DNA of 64,000 bases from Fluviicoccus sp. (GCF_030646115.1 NZ_JAUSMX010000027.1:165651-229650); one strand, 5' to 3'. Shown: positions 9,486 to 20,117, counted from the stretch's first letter. Program-made: numbers and translations. The notes: generated by a model from the letters alone, not told the origin.

Positions 9486-10196
9486 ATGACCCCCATCCTG
9501 CAACTGACCGATGTCTGCCACGCCTACGGCGAGGGCGAGAACCGGCAGCCGGTGCTGCACCACATCAGCTTCACGCTGGCCGCCGGGGAATTCGCGGCGC
9601 TGGTAGGGCAGTCCGGTTCCGGCAAGTCCACGTTGCTGAATCAGGTGGGGCTGCTGGAACACGCGCTCAGCGGCAGCATCCGCCTGAACGGGCAGGAAGT
9701 GACGACGCTGGACGACAATGCCCTGACCCGGCTACGCAACGAGCAGCTGGGCTTCATCTTCCAGTTCCATCATCTGCTGAATGCCTTCACCGCGCTGGAG
9801 AACGTGATGGTGCCGCTGAAGATTCGCGGCCGGCCGGAGAAAGCCTTGCGGGAACGGGCGCAGTCGCTGCTGGACCGGGCGGGGCTGTCCGGGCTGGAAA
9901 ACCGTTTTCCCAACCAGCTGTCCGGCGGGCAGCAGCAGCGGGTGGCGATTGTGCGGGCGTTGATGGCGGGCCCGGCGCTGGTGCTGGCGGATGAACCCAC
10001 CGGCAACCTGGACAGTGAAACCACGGGGCGGATTTTTGAATTGTTGCGGCAGATCAACCGCGAGGACGGCACCGCCTTCCTGATCGTGACGCATGACCAC
10101 GGTCTGGCCATGTCGTGTGACCGGCAGCTGACGCTGAAGGACGGACGGCTGGTGGGGGATTCGGCCGCCGTCCGACCGGATCAGGCGGCGCGCTGA
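9486..10196 (+). CDS. ABC transporter ATP-binding protein (LolD/MacB-like)
   Basis: GQSGSGKST, LSGGQQQR, ADEPTGNLD, VTHD. Confidence 0.95.
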   Translation: MTPILQLTDVCHAYGEGENRQPVLHHISFTLAAGEFAALVGQSGSGKSTLLNQVGLLEHALSGSIRLNGQEVTTLDDNALTRLRNEQLGFIFQFHHLLNAFTALENVMVPLKIRGRPEKALRERAQSLLDRAGLSGLENRFPNQLSGGQQQRVAIVRALMAGPALVLADEPTGNLDSETTGRIFELLRQINREDGTAFLIVTHDHGLAMSCDRQLTLKDGRLVGDSAAVRPDQAAR

Positions 10197-11368
10197 AGGG
10201 CTGGCTGATCGCCGCCGGTCACCAGTCGCAGCCACAGCAGCCCGGCCAGGGCGCTCAATACCGACGCCGCCATGATCGCAATCTTCGACGCCACCACCAG
10301 CGCCGGATCGTTGAACGCCAGCAGCGTGACGAACATCGACATCGTAAAGCCGATGCCGCCCAAGAGACCCGCGCCCAGCACATGTTTCCAGGTCATTCCG
10401 TCCGGCAGGCGGCTGAGGCCCAGCGTCACCGCCAGCAGGCTGAACAGGAAAATGCCCAGCGGCTTGCCCGCCATCAACCCCAGCATGATACCCAGGCTGT
10501 TATGACTGAACAGGCCCTCATACCAACCGGCCGGAATGACGATGCCGGTATTGGCCAGCGCAAACAGCGGCAGCACCCCGAACGCAACGATACCGGTGAG
10601 CCGGTGTTCCAGGATGTAGGACGGCGAGGCCTTGCCACCGTCACGGAACGGGACGAGGAAGGCGAGGATGACCCCGGTCAGCGTGGCGTGGATGCCGCTG
10701 TGCAGCATGCAATACCACGCGGCAAGGCCCGGCAGCAGGTATAGCCAAAGCTGACTGACACCCAGCCGGTTGAAGACGCCCAGCAGTGCAAAAATCCCGA
10801 TGGCCGCCCCCAGCCAGCCCCAGGCCAGCCCATGGCTGTAGAAAATCGCGATCACGACGATGGCCCCGAGATCATCAATAATGGCCAGCGCCGTCAGGAA
10901 TATTTTCAGGGCTATCGGCACCCGCTTGCCCAGCAGCATCAGCACACCCAACGCAAAGGCAATGTCGGTGGCGGTGGGAATGCCCGCGCCGCGCACCGTG
11001 GCCTCCCCGGCGTTGAACAGCCAGTGGATCAGCGCTGGAAAGGCCATGCCGCCCAGCGCCGCGAACACCGGCAGCAGCGCGGCCCGCAGGTCCGACAACT
11101 CGCCCTGATAGATTTCGCGCTCGATTTCCAGCCCCACCAGCAGGAAGAACAGCGTCATCAAGCCGTCATTGATCAGGTGCTCAACGGTATGATTGCCATG
11201 CACGGGGATATGCCAGAAATGAACCCAGGCTTGGCCGACGCCGGAATTGGCCAGCAGCAGCGACAGCAGGGTGCAGCCGATGAGGATAAAGCCGGATTTG
11301 CTTTCGCTGCGCATGAAGCGCCGCAGCAGGTCGGTGAGCTGCCAGGTTGGCAGTTTGACGGACGCCAT
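10181..11368 (-). CDS. nhaA: Na+/H+ antiporter NhaA
   Basis: INDGLMTLFF, GLEIERE, ATDIAFALG, AIIDDLGAI, GIGFTMSMF. Confidence 0.95.
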   Translation of the reverse strand: MASVKLPTWQLTDLLRRFMRSESKSGFILIGCTLLSLLLANSGVGQAWVHFWHIPVHGNHTVEHLINDGLMTLFFLLVGLEIEREIYQGELSDLRAALLPVFAALGGMAFPALIHWLFNAGEATVRGAGIPTATDIAFALGVLMLLGKRVPIALKIFLTALAIIDDLGAIVVIAIFYSHGLAWGWLGAAIGIFALLGVFNRLGVSQLWLYLLPGLAAWYCMLHSGIHATLTGVILAFLVPFRDGGKASPSYILEHRLTGIVAFGVLPLFALANTGIVIPAGWYEGLFSHNSLGIMLGLMAGKPLGIFLFSLLAVTLGLSRLPDGMTWKHVLGAGLLGGIGFTMSMFVTLLAFNDPALVVASKIAIMAASVLSALAGLLWLRLVTGGDQPALQRAA

Positions 11369-11564
11369 GGTTTCTCCGGGGAATGCATGGGCCGGGCAGT
11401 CTATGGAGGAAAAAATGTTGCCCGGATCAGGCGGAGTATACCGATTTGGGTGAAAGGCCAGGTAGTCAGCGAGTCCACCGGCAAGATCTACAACGAAAGG
11501 GACGGATTCAATGGTGTCGGCAGGCCGTGAAGTCCCGCTGCGCGGGCATTCACGGCCACCGGTC

Positions 11565-12770
11565 TTACTTCTTCATCTTGATAGTTTCAGACTCGCCCTT
11601 GGCGGTGGCCACCACCCGGCGGTTCTTGGCGCGGCCTTCCTCGGTCTTGTTGTCGGCCACCGGCTGGGTGGAGCCGTAACCGACAGCCTTCAGGCGCGCA
11701 CCGTCCACGCCCAGCTTCACCAGCGCCTCACGCACGGCTTCGGCGCGTTGCTGCGACAGGGTCTGGTTCTTGGCAGCCTGGCCGCGACTGTCGGTGTGCC
11801 CTTCAATGGCGACATTGGCATCGGGATACTTTTTCATGAAGTCGGCCACCTTGGCCAGTTCAGCGCCCGCATCCCCCAGAATCACCGACTTGCCGGTGGC
11901 AAACAGCACATTCAGGTTGATGCTTTCGCTGTTCTTCAGCACCACGTAGCAGCCCTTGTCGTCCACCACGGCGCCGGCCTTGCTGTCCGGGCATTTGTCC
12001 TTGTAGTCAGCCACGCCGTCATGGTCGGAATCCAGCGGGCAACCCTTGGCATCCACGGCCGCACCGGCCGGGGTGTTGGCGCAGGTGTCCCGGTCGTTGT
12101 TGACGCCGTCGCGGTCATCATCCAGCACCACTGGTGCTACGGGAGCGGCCGGTGCAACTGCCACCTGCTGTGGTGCAGGCTCGGCCATGGTCACGGGGGC
12201 GCTGTCTTCGTTCTTGGCGGCAAAACTGCCGAAACCGATTTCCACACCGGCCTGCGCAATCCAGTTGTTCCAGCTCTTGCCCGGCTCATGCTGATAGCGG
12301 GCCTCGGTGCGCAGGCTCAGGCGGTCGGCCACTTTCCACAGCAGGCCGCCGCCCACTTCGCCGAAACCGTTGCTGAAGGAGCCGGGACCGTTGTCCGCCT
12401 TGTAGATATTGCGGCCGACACCGGCCAGTACGAACGGTGACAGCGTGCTGTCGGCGTTGAAGCGGTACAGTGCATCCAGCGACTGCGGTGTGGCAGTGGC
12501 GCGGACATTGCCGAAGGGGGTTTCTTCATTGGTCTTGACGCGGGCCACCAAGGCCTCAATGCCGAAGGCCGGGTTGAAGCGGTAGCCGAGGCCCAGCGAG
12601 TACTGGCCATCATCCTGCATGCCCTTGGCGGGGGTGGTCAGGTCGGGCCGGGTGTCGCCATCAAAGACATGGTAACCGGCCATGGGGCTGACGGTAATGA
12701 CACCGGCAACGGCTGAGCCGGCAACAGCGATCAGGCTGACTCCCAGGGCAAGGGCGTGAATACGGGACAT
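11565..12770 (-). CDS. OmpA/OprF-family outer membrane protein
   Basis: Signal peptide, beta-barrel, TSP3-like DxDxDGV...DxC repeats, IEGHTD...NQTLSQQRA...NRRV. Confidence 0.93.
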   Translation of the reverse strand: MSRIHALALGVSLIAVAGSAVAGVITVSPMAGYHVFDGDTRPDLTTPAKGMQDDGQYSLGLGYRFNPAFGIEALVARVKTNEETPFGNVRATATPQSLDALYRFNADSTLSPFVLAGVGRNIYKADNGPGSFSNGFGEVGGGLLWKVADRLSLRTEARYQHEPGKSWNNWIAQAGVEIGFGSFAAKNEDSAPVTMAEPAPQQVAVAPAAPVAPVVLDDDRDGVNNDRDTCANTPAGAAVDAKGCPLDSDHDGVADYKDKCPDSKAGAVVDDKGCYVVLKNSESINLNVLFATGKSVILGDAGAELAKVADFMKKYPDANVAIEGHTDSRGQAAKNQTLSQQRAEAVREALVKLGVDGARLKAVGYGSTQPVADNKTEEGRAKNRRVVATAKGESETIKMKK

Positions 12771-13032
12771 GAAGACCTCCAGGGTTGAATCGCCCGCTTT
12801 CAGGCGGGGCGGGGGTTATGGCACGGCGGCGCATGCTAAGGTCAGACCCTGGAGCGGGCAATCGGTTTTTTGTAATGATTTTGACAAAAATATTAATATA
12901 ATCAGTGGCCTATTGATATGTTGGCTGTGGGATTAACGCCATGCAAACGAACGCCGGACCCGTCCGGGATTGCCCGGCCGCCGCCGGTGCTTTATAACTT
13001 GGGGCGATATCCCTCTCCGCCAAAACTACTCC

Positions 13033-15717
13033 ATGTCCCGCAAGCAACTCGCCCTCGGCGCCGCCCTTTCCGCCCTCCTTGCCGCCGGAGGTGCCGGTTA
13101 CTGGTTCAGCCTTCACGGCGCCAAGGCCCCGGCAACCGTCACTGCGGCGCCGGGCAACCTGTCCGCCGCCGCGCAGCTGCTCGGCAAGCTGGAAGCCATC
13201 CTCGCCGACTACCGCAATATCATCGTGCTGCTGGCCCATGAGAAAGACCTGAAGGAGGACGAGCGCAAGCAGGCAGTCACCGTCGGTCAGGCGCTGTTCC
13301 ACGACAAGCTGGCGCGCGAGGCGGAGCTGGCGCAGGTGCTGGAGAAACTGGTCGGCAGCGGCGGCAAGGAACGTTTCACCACGCTGGGCGAGATGCTGGA
13401 CTATGTGGAATCCGCCGACGGCCTCTATGACGCCGACCGCCTCGCTTTCCGAGAAGTGCTGGCCGGCCTGCAGCAACAGGTGGCGCGTGACGGCAGCCTG
13501 CCCGCCATCCGCCTTCACCGTCGCATCGGTGACGACCTGGAGGCACTGACCGAGATCGAACGCCAGTACGACCAGGAAATCAGCCAGATCTTCAGCCGCT
13601 TCGAAACCCGCGCCATCGTACTGAAACGCGAGAAATGGGAGGACTACACCGCGCATCTCGACAGCCTCTACAACCGCGAGCAGATCCTCAAGGAATTCGG
13701 CGTCATCACCCCGTATCCCGCCGACACCGCCCCGGCGGCGGACAACGATCCCGACAAGGAGATCTTCGGCTACCAGCTGCCGCCGAAGACCGTGGCCCTG
13801 ACCTTTGACGACGGCCCGCACGGCCGGTACACCGACGAGATCGTCGCCATCCTCAAGCAGTACAACGTGCCCGGCGCGTTCTTCGAGGTGGGGCGCAACC
13901 TCGGCACGGTGGACGGCAAGGGTCAGGTCAAGCTCGGTAAGTACGCCGCCATCAGCCGCCAGTTGCTGAAGGACGGTTACGCCGTCGGCAACCACAGCTA
14001 TACCCACGCGCAACTGTCGAAGGCAACCGGCGATGCGCTGAAGGCGGAAATCGAGAACACCGACAAGCTGCTGCAGGCGGTGGACAAGAACCGCAGCCCC
14101 ATCTTCCGTTTCCCCTATGGCGCGCGCAATGCCGAGGGCATGCAGCTGCTGGCGCAGTCGCACCTGCGCTCCATCATGTGGAACATCGACTCCATGGACT
14201 GGGCCGACCCGGTGCCGAATTCCGTGGCCGACCGCGTGCTGCGCGGTGTCGACAAGGAAGGACGCGGCATCATCCTGTTCCATGACATCCACGAGCGGGC
14301 GGTGAAGGCGCTGCCCGCCATCCTCGACCGGCTGGTGGCCGAGGGTTACCGGTTTGCCGGCTGGGACGGCCACGATTTCAGCGTGCAGGGCGAAGCCACC
14401 CCATCCGCCCGCCAGACCGTCACCACCGGCTATGCCGCTTCCTGGGCCATCGTCATCGGCATCAACGACTATGCCAAGTGGCCGAAGCTGCAATACGCCG
14501 TCAACGACGCGCAGTCGATCCGGCAAACGCTGACCGGCCGCTACGGCTTCGCCCCCGACCACGTCATTTCCCTCAGCAACGGCGAGGCCACCCGCAACAA
14601 CATCCTCGCCGCCTTCCATGACCGGCTGGGGCATGACAACCTGCAGAAAAATGACCGAGTGTTCGTGTTTTTTGCCGGTCACGGGGCCACGCGCAAGCTC
14701 AGTTCCGGGCGTGATGTCGGCTACATCATCCCGGTGGACGCCGACCCGGCCGAAACTGCTACCGACGCCATCCCCATGACCGAAATCCAGAACATTGCCG
14801 AAAGCCTCAACGCCAAGCATGTCTTCTTCATGATGGACGCCTGCTACAGCGGCTTGGGGCTGGCGCGCGGTGCGGGCGGCGGTTATCTGCAGGAAAACGC
14901 CAAACGGCTGGGGCGGCAGATGCTGACGGCGGGCGGCGCGGACCAGATGGTGGCCGACGGCGGCCCCAACGGCCATTCCATCTTCACCTGGACGGTGTTG
15001 CAGGGGCTGGACGGCAAGGGTGACTTGAACGGCGACGGCTTCATCACCGCCACCGAACTGGCGGCCTATGTCGCCCCGGCGGTGTCGGGCGTGTCGGCGC
15101 AGACCCCGGCCTTCGGCAGCCTGCCCGGTTCGGAAGGCGGGGAATTCGTGTTTGAGGCCCCGGCCGCCAGCGAATTCCTCAGTGGCGACAGCCTCCAGCT
15201 GGGCACTGACGCCATAGCCATGAACCGCAAGCTCGATGCAGCCGCACCCGCCGTCACCCCGACATCCCCAGGCAAGGCGCTGACTGTGGCGCCGGTGAAG
15301 GTGGTGGACCTGCAGGGCAAGGAACAGACACTGAAGGCGACGCCGCTGGTGAACCTGTCGGCGCGGCAACTGGCGCAGCGCGCCAACGATCGCGGCCTGC
15401 AGCTGTACCGGGAAAAGAACTATGCGGCGGCGGAAGCGCAGTTCACCGAGGCGCTGAAGTTGCGGCCGGATTTTGCGCTGGCGGCAAACAACCTGGGTTT
15501 TGTGTTCTACAAGCAGCAGAAGTATGCGGAAGCGGCGCGCTGGTTCGAGAATGCGCTGAAGGCAGACCCGTCGCGGGCGGTGGCGTACCTGAATCTGGGT
15601 GATGCGTGGAACGGGGCGGGGGAGAAGGAAAAGGCGGTGAAGGCGTGGAAGACGTATCTGGCGCTGGCGCCGACGGGGGCCGGGGCGGGGTATGTGAAGA
15701 AGCAGTTGGGAGAGTAA
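13033..15717 (+). CDS. Membrane-anchored polysaccharide deacetylase - caspase (C14) - TPR fusion
   Basis: N-terminal TM; NodB motifs TFDDGP, NHSYTH, FRFPYG, IILFHD; caspase dyad FAGHG / MDACYSG; C-terminal TPRs. Confidence 0.9.
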   Translation: MSRKQLALGAALSALLAAGGAGYWFSLHGAKAPATVTAAPGNLSAAAQLLGKLEAILADYRNIIVLLAHEKDLKEDERKQAVTVGQALFHDKLAREAELAQVLEKLVGSGGKERFTTLGEMLDYVESADGLYDADRLAFREVLAGLQQQVARDGSLPAIRLHRRIGDDLEALTEIERQYDQEISQIFSRFETRAIVLKREKWEDYTAHLDSLYNREQILKEFGVITPYPADTAPAADNDPDKEIFGYQLPPKTVALTFDDGPHGRYTDEIVAILKQYNVPGAFFEVGRNLGTVDGKGQVKLGKYAAISRQLLKDGYAVGNHSYTHAQLSKATGDALKAEIENTDKLLQAVDKNRSPIFRFPYGARNAEGMQLLAQSHLRSIMWNIDSMDWADPVPNSVADRVLRGVDKEGRGIILFHDIHERAVKALPAILDRLVAEGYRFAGWDGHDFSVQGEATPSARQTVTTGYAASWAIVIGINDYAKWPKLQYAVNDAQSIRQTLTGRYGFAPDHVISLSNGEATRNNILAAFHDRLGHDNLQKNDRVFVFFAGHGATRKLSSGRDVGYIIPVDADPAETATDAIPMTEIQNIAESLNAKHVFFMMDACYSGLGLARGAGGGYLQENAKRLGRQMLTAGGADQMVADGGPNGHSIFTWTVLQGLDGKGDLNGDGFITATELAAYVAPAVSGVSAQTPAFGSLPGSEGGEFVFEAPAASEFLSGDSLQLGTDAIAMNRKLDAAAPAVTPTSPGKALTVAPVKVVDLQGKEQTLKATPLVNLSARQLAQRANDRGLQLYREKNYAAAEAQFTEALKLRPDFALAANNLGFVFYKQQKYAEAARWFENALKADPSRAVAYLNLGDAWNGAGEKEKAVKAWKTYLALAPTGAGAGYVKKQLGE

Positions 15718-15728
15718 GCGGGGCGGGG

Positions 15729-15750
15729 GATCACCGTCGCGGCGGTGATC
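15729..15750. terminator. Hairpin between convergent genes
   Basis: GATCACCG-TCGCGG-CGGTGATC, perfect 8-bp stem; no clear U-tract. Confidence 0.5.
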
Positions 15751-15764
15751 GCGGGAAAGGCGGG

Positions 15765-15863
15765 TTATTTGCCCTGCTTTTCCTTTTTCTCGTCGCGTTT
15801 TTCCTGAGGGGTTTTCAGGGGCTTTTTCTTCGTTTCCTTTTTGCGTTCCATTCCCTTGCTCAT
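15765..15863 (-). CDS. Small Lys-rich protein (32 aa), not in ORF track
   Basis: Read manually: MSKGMERKKETKKKPLKTPQEKRDEKKEKQGK*; GAGAAC upstream of ATG; explains the pyrimidine-rich tract on the plus strand. Confidence 0.7.
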   Translation of the reverse strand: MSKGMERKKETKKKPLKTPQEKRDEKKEKQGK

Positions 15864-15993
15864 GGCGTTCTCGGGTTTTGGTGGGTGTAAGGTCACTATA
15901 CGCCTTGGCGGGGCTGGGCGGGGGGATTTCGTTTTTGGAGCGACGGGATTCTGATGGGCTGTGGCAGGTGGAAATCATGGGAGATATTCATAT

Positions 15994-16611
15994 ATGCAGT
16001 CTATACGTGTCACAACCGTTTCAAAGATAGCGTACATCCTACTTCTAGGACTGCTGATATCCGCTTCGGCGCTGGCCTATGAGCCGCAGGCGGGCGATAT
16101 CGTCTTTCACACCTCCCGGTCCAGCCAGAGCCAGGCCGTCCAGGCGGCCACCCGTTCGCCTTACAGCCACATGGGCATCATTCTGCTCCGGCATGGCAAG
16201 CCCTATGTCTTCGAGGCCGTGCAGCCAGTCAAATACACGCCGCTGGAAGCCTGGCTCAATCGGGGTCAGGACAAGCATTACGTGGTCAAGCGGCTTCAGT
16301 CCCCCCTGTCCACGGCGGCGATTTCCCGCCTGCAACAGGAGGCCGCGAACTACGAAGGCAAGCCTTATGACCTCACGTTCGAGTGGTCGGACCACCGGAT
16401 CTACTGTTCCGAACTGGTCTGGAAAATGTTCCAGTCAGTGAATATCGAGTTGGCGCCCCTGTCAAAACTGGGGTCCTTCAATCTGGACAGCCCGGTTGTC
16501 AAAGCCAAGCTCAAGGAGCGCTATGGCGCCCGCATACCCCTGAATGAGCCGGTGATCAGCCCGGCCGCCATCTTCGAATCATCGTTGCTGAAAACCGTGG
16601 CGGAGCGTTAG
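15994..16611 (+). CDS. YiiX-like permuted papain (NlpC/P60) enzyme
   Basis: GDIVFH, YSHMGI, YDLTFEW, YCSELVWK (His before Cys); signal-like N-terminus. Confidence 0.88.
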   Translation: MQSIRVTTVSKIAYILLLGLLISASALAYEPQAGDIVFHTSRSSQSQAVQAATRSPYSHMGIILLRHGKPYVFEAVQPVKYTPLEAWLNRGQDKHYVVKRLQSPLSTAAISRLQQEAANYEGKPYDLTFEWSDHRIYCSELVWKMFQSVNIELAPLSKLGSFNLDSPVVKAKLKERYGARIPLNEPVISPAAIFESSLLKTVAER

Positions 16612-16801
16612 ACAGTTTCAAAAGACTGCGATGGCGGTATGCCTCCCTGCCGCACCCATGTGACGCCCGGTTGTGTACGCTGCGCTCCGGGAACTCTATA
16701 CTGAGTCATGGGTGCCGGTCTTTCATGCCCGGCAATGGACGATCTCATGACCGGGGAAGGATGGTGAAAGACTGTTGGCGCAATTGTACAAGGCGTGACC
16801 C

Positions 16802-19198
16802 ATGAACAGCGGTCATGCAGCCCGGTTCTTGCTGTGGGCGCTCTGCCTGCTGGGTTTCTGGCTGGGCGCTGTGGCCCGGGCCGACGAGCTTGCCCTGCGG
16901 CAAGGCCAGTCCACCTACGAGCCCTACCCTCAAATTCGCTATTTCTGCAGCAAGCCGGAAACCGCACCCACGCTGGACCAACTGCCGGCCGACCCCGCCC
17001 GCCCGCCGTGGAAACCGGTGGGGAACACCGCCCCGACCTTCTTTACCGACGACATCTGCTGGTTCCACCTGACGGTGCGCAACCAGGATCATCCGGTGCG
17101 GGACTGGATGCTGGAAATCCCCTTCCCGTTCCTGAATGACATCCAGGTTCATATCCGCGATGAGCAGGGCCGCCGGGTGGCTGACTATGTTTACGGCCAC
17201 ATGCGGCCGGTCAGCCAGCGGGTCATTGCCGACCGCTACCCGGTGTTTCCCCTGACCCTGCCGCCCGGCAGCCATCAGGAGGTGTATTTGCGGGTGAAGA
17301 GTGATCACCTGCAATTACCGCTGACCGTGGTTGAACACAGCGTCCTTGACGCCCGGAACCGGGTTGTCACCCTGTTGCAGGGGATTTTCTTCGGCGGCAT
17401 GGCGGTGATGTTTTTCTACAACCTCATGCTCTGGGCCTTTGTCCGCGACCGGGTCTACCTCTACTACGTGTTCATGGTCTTCGTGGTAACCCTGTTCCAG
17501 TTCGACCTGCAGGGCCTGGCCAAGCTGTACCTGTGGCCGGAAACCACGCAGTTCGCCTCCTATGCCACCCGCCTGGAACTGCCGCTGATCCTGATTGCCG
17601 ACAGCCTGTTCTTCCTCAGCTTTCTGGAATTGCGGCGGCGGTCGCCGGGCTGGGCGCGCTGGATGCGCATGCTGGTGGCGATGGGAGTGGTGCAACTGCT
17701 GGCAGTGCCGCTGCTGCCCAATATCGTCACCACCACTGTGGCCTTGGGGTTCCTGCTGCTGCTGACCATCTCGGGCATGCTGGTGGGGCTGAGCCGCATG
17801 GCGGCGGGCGACCCCGAGGCGCGCATCTTCAGTGTGGCCTGGGGTTGCCTGATCTTCGGCGGCGCGCTGATGCTGTTCAACAAGATCGGCGTGCTGCCCC
17901 GTAATACGTTCACCGAGAACCTGTTCCAGCTGGGCAGCTTCCTGGAAGCCATCCTGATGTCCATGGCCCTGGCCAGCCGCATCAACCGTCTGGAAACGGC
18001 GCGGCTGGTGGCCGAGCAGGGGCATGCGCTGGCCCAGCAGAAAGCGCTGTTGGCCGACCAGCAAAACCAGGCCAAGGGCGAGTTTCTGGCCAAGATGAGC
18101 CATGAAATCCGCACCCCCATGAACGGGGTGCTGGGCTTTGCCCAGCTGATGCAGGAAACACCGCTGACGCCCGCGCAACGGAATTATATGGAGATGCTGC
18201 TGAGTTCCGGGGAAATCCTGCTCACCGTCATCAACGACATTCTGGATTACTCCAAGATCGAATCCGGCAAGTTGACGCTGGAAAGCATTCCCTACCACCT
18301 GCCGAATGTACTGGCGGAATGCGTGGCCATTTCCGGCCTCAGCGCCAGCCAGAAGTCGGTGGAGCTGGTGATTGACCTAGACCCCGACGTGCCGGTCTGG
18401 GTGCAGGGCGATCCCGTCCGCCTGCGCCAGATTCTGCTGAACCTGCTGAACAATGCCATCAAGTTCACCCCGCAGGGGACCATCCACTTGCGCGCCCGGG
18501 TGTTGTCGGCCGCCGGCGACCCGGTCGCGCAGTTGTCGCTGGAGGTGGAGGATTGCGGCATCGGCATGAGTCCCGAGCAGGTGGCCACCTTGTTCCAGAC
18601 CTTCCGCCAGGCCGAGTCCTCCACCACCCGGCGCTATGGCGGCACCGGGCTGGGGCTGGCCATCTGCAAGCAACTGGTAGGCCTCATGGACGGCGAGATC
18701 GGGGTGGACAGCGTGCCGGGCCAGGGCTCCAATTTCTGGGTCAGGCTGTCACTGCCGCGCGCGCAGGCACCAACGCCCCGCAGCGAGGGCTGGGCGCGGG
18801 CGGAAATGGGGGCCATGCGGGTGCTGGTGGCCGAGGACAACCCGGTCAACCTGATGGTGATTTCCGGCATGCTGGGGCGTCTGGGCATTCAGCCGCTGGT
18901 GGCGGCGGACGGCCGTGAGGCGGTGGATCTGGTGCGCCGGCACGCCGGTGCGCTGGATCTGGTGCTGATGGATTGCGAAATGCCGGGACTGGACGGGTTT
19001 GAAGCCACACGGCAAATCCGAGCGCTGGAGCAGGCCAACCGCTGGCCGCGCCTGCCGGTGATTGCCCTGACCGCGCATGTGCAGAGTGACGAATCGCTGG
19101 CGGCGGGCATGGATGACCACCTCAGCAAGCCGTTGGTGCTGAAGGCGTTGGCGGAAAAACTGGCGAAGTGGAAGCCGCCCCAACGTTCAACCGAATAA
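16802..19198 (+). CDS. 7TM-DISM hybrid sensor histidine kinase/response regulator
   Basis: 7TMR-DISMED2-like periplasmic domain, 7 [35 protein letters not shown] domain MDCEMP. Confidence 0.93.
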   Translation: MNSGHAARFLLWALCLLGFWLGAVARADELALRQGQSTYEPYPQIRYFCSKPETAPTLDQLPADPARPPWKPVGNTAPTFFTDDICWFHLTVRNQDHPVRDWMLEIPFPFLNDIQVHIRDEQGRRVADYVYGHMRPVSQRVIADRYPVFPLTLPPGSHQEVYLRVKSDHLQLPLTVVEHSVLDARNRVVTLLQGIFFGGMAVMFFYNLMLWAFVRDRVYLYYVFMVFVVTLFQFDLQGLAKLYLWPETTQFASYATRLELPLILIADSLFFLSFLELRRRSPGWARWMRMLVAMGVVQLLAVPLLPNIVTTTVALGFLLLLTISGMLVGLSRMAAGDPEARIFSVAWGCLIFGGALMLFNKIGVLPRNTFTENLFQLGSFLEAILMSMALASRINRLETARLVAEQGHALAQQKALLADQQNQAKGEFLAKMSHEIRTPMNGVLGFAQLMQETPLTPAQRNYMEMLLSSGEILLTVINDILDYSKIESGKLTLESIPYHLPNVLAECVAISGLSASQKSVELVIDLDPDVPVWVQGDPVRLRQILLNLLNNAIKFTPQGTIHLRARVLSAAGDPVAQLSLEVEDCGIGMSPEQVATLFQTFRQAESSTTRRYGGTGLGLAICKQLVGLMDGEIGVDSVPGQGSNFWVRLSLPRAQAPTPRSEGWARAEMGAMRVLVAEDNPVNLMVISGMLGRLGIQPLVAADGREAVDLVRRHAGALDLVLMDCEMPGLDGFEATRQIRALEQANRWPRLPVIALTAHVQSDESLAAGMDDHLSKPLVLKALAEKLAKWKPPQRSTE

Positions 19199-19219
19199 CG
19201 CCCTCCTTACCCTGCCCCC

Positions 19220-19318
19220 GTAGGGGCGCATCGCATGCGCCCTCGCGAACGAACAGAATGCCGGTTTACGGAATGAACTGCGTGTTCTGCGAAGAGGGCG
19301 CAAGCGTTGCGCCCCAAC
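19220..19318. repeat. REPIN 1 (inverted REP doublet)
   Basis: GTAGGGGCGCATCGCATGCGCCCT, 51-nt spacer, AGGGCGCAAGCGTTGCGCCCCAAC. Confidence 0.9.
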
Positions 19319-19361
19319 GCTCAGCCAAATGAAGCCCTTCTATTCCGTGTCCCTGACCCCC

Positions 19362-19459
19362 GTTGGGGCGCATCGCATGCGCCCTGGTGGACAAACAGGA
19401 TATCAGTTTCGGAATGTGCGGCGTGTTCTGCGGAGAGGGCGCAAGCGTTGCGCCCCAAC
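19362..19459. repeat. REPIN 2
   Basis: GTTGGGGCGCATCGCATGCGCCCT, 50-nt spacer, AGGGCGCAAGCGTTGCGCCCCAAC. Confidence 0.9.
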
Positions 19460-19463
19460 GCCA

Positions 19464-19970
19464 TTATGTGGCGATCGTCAGGCTATTGAAGCAATCATGC
19501 TGCCAACGTGCCGGATTTTCCCGAATATATTCTGCAATCCGCCTGTATTCATCCTCATTGCGGATAACGCGGTCGTGATAATTCCGCTGCCAGATGCAGT
19601 CCAGATCGTGGATGCCGGAAACCCGTCGGATTGCGGCTGTCACGGTGCCTTTGTAGCCTCTGATGATATCCGTGATCGAAGATGGCGGAACCCCGGCCGG
19701 TGCTTCAATCAAATGGATGATGGCATGCACGTGATTGGGCATGACAATGAGGTCTGCTAACGTCACGTCCGGACGCAGGGGTGTGGTGCTATGCCAGGCT
19801 GTGTGAGCAATGGTTCCCCAGGAATTCAGAATCATCCGGTTGTCCCTGATATCTCCAAATAGCATTTCACGCTGACGAGTAACCAAAGTGATGAAATACG
19901 CCCCGCGATGCCGGTAATCATGACCGGGCCAACGGGTGCTGTTGCGGCGAAGGCGTTTTGGTTGATTCAT
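19464..19970 (-). mobile_element. REP-associated tyrosine transposase (RAYT/TnpA-REP, Y1 HUH family)
   Basis: YFITLVT, MPNHVHAI (HUH), WQRNYHDRVIR (catalytic Tyr region); GGAGG RBS; flanked by REPINs on both sides. Confidence 0.92.
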
Positions 19971-20017
19971 GCTGGTTCCTCCCTGAACCAAATAACGCCA
20001 TTGTAACTCCAGACCCC

Positions 20018-20117
20018 GTTGGGGCGCATCGCATGCGCCCTCTAGACCGAACAGGAAGCCGGTTTACGTAGTCAACAGCGTGTTCTTGCGAAGAGGGCGC
20101 AAGCGTTGCGCCCCAAC
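20018..20117. repeat. REPIN 3
   Basis: GTTGGGGCGCATCGCATGCGCCCT, 52-nt spacer, AGGGCGCAAGCGTTGCGCCCCAAC. Confidence 0.9.

Noticed and set aside
12882-12903. TTGACA...TATAAT perfect sigma70 hexamers
   Set aside because: Only 10 nt apart, incompatible with a single sigma70 promoter
12910-15978. 1022-aa minus-strand ORF
   Set aside because: Antisense shadow of the deacetylase-caspase gene; no motifs
19220-19459. Repeat-spacer-repeat pattern resembling a CRISPR array
   Set aside because: Repeats alternate in orientation, spacers are related to each other, there are no cas genes, and an adjacent RAYT explains them as REPINs
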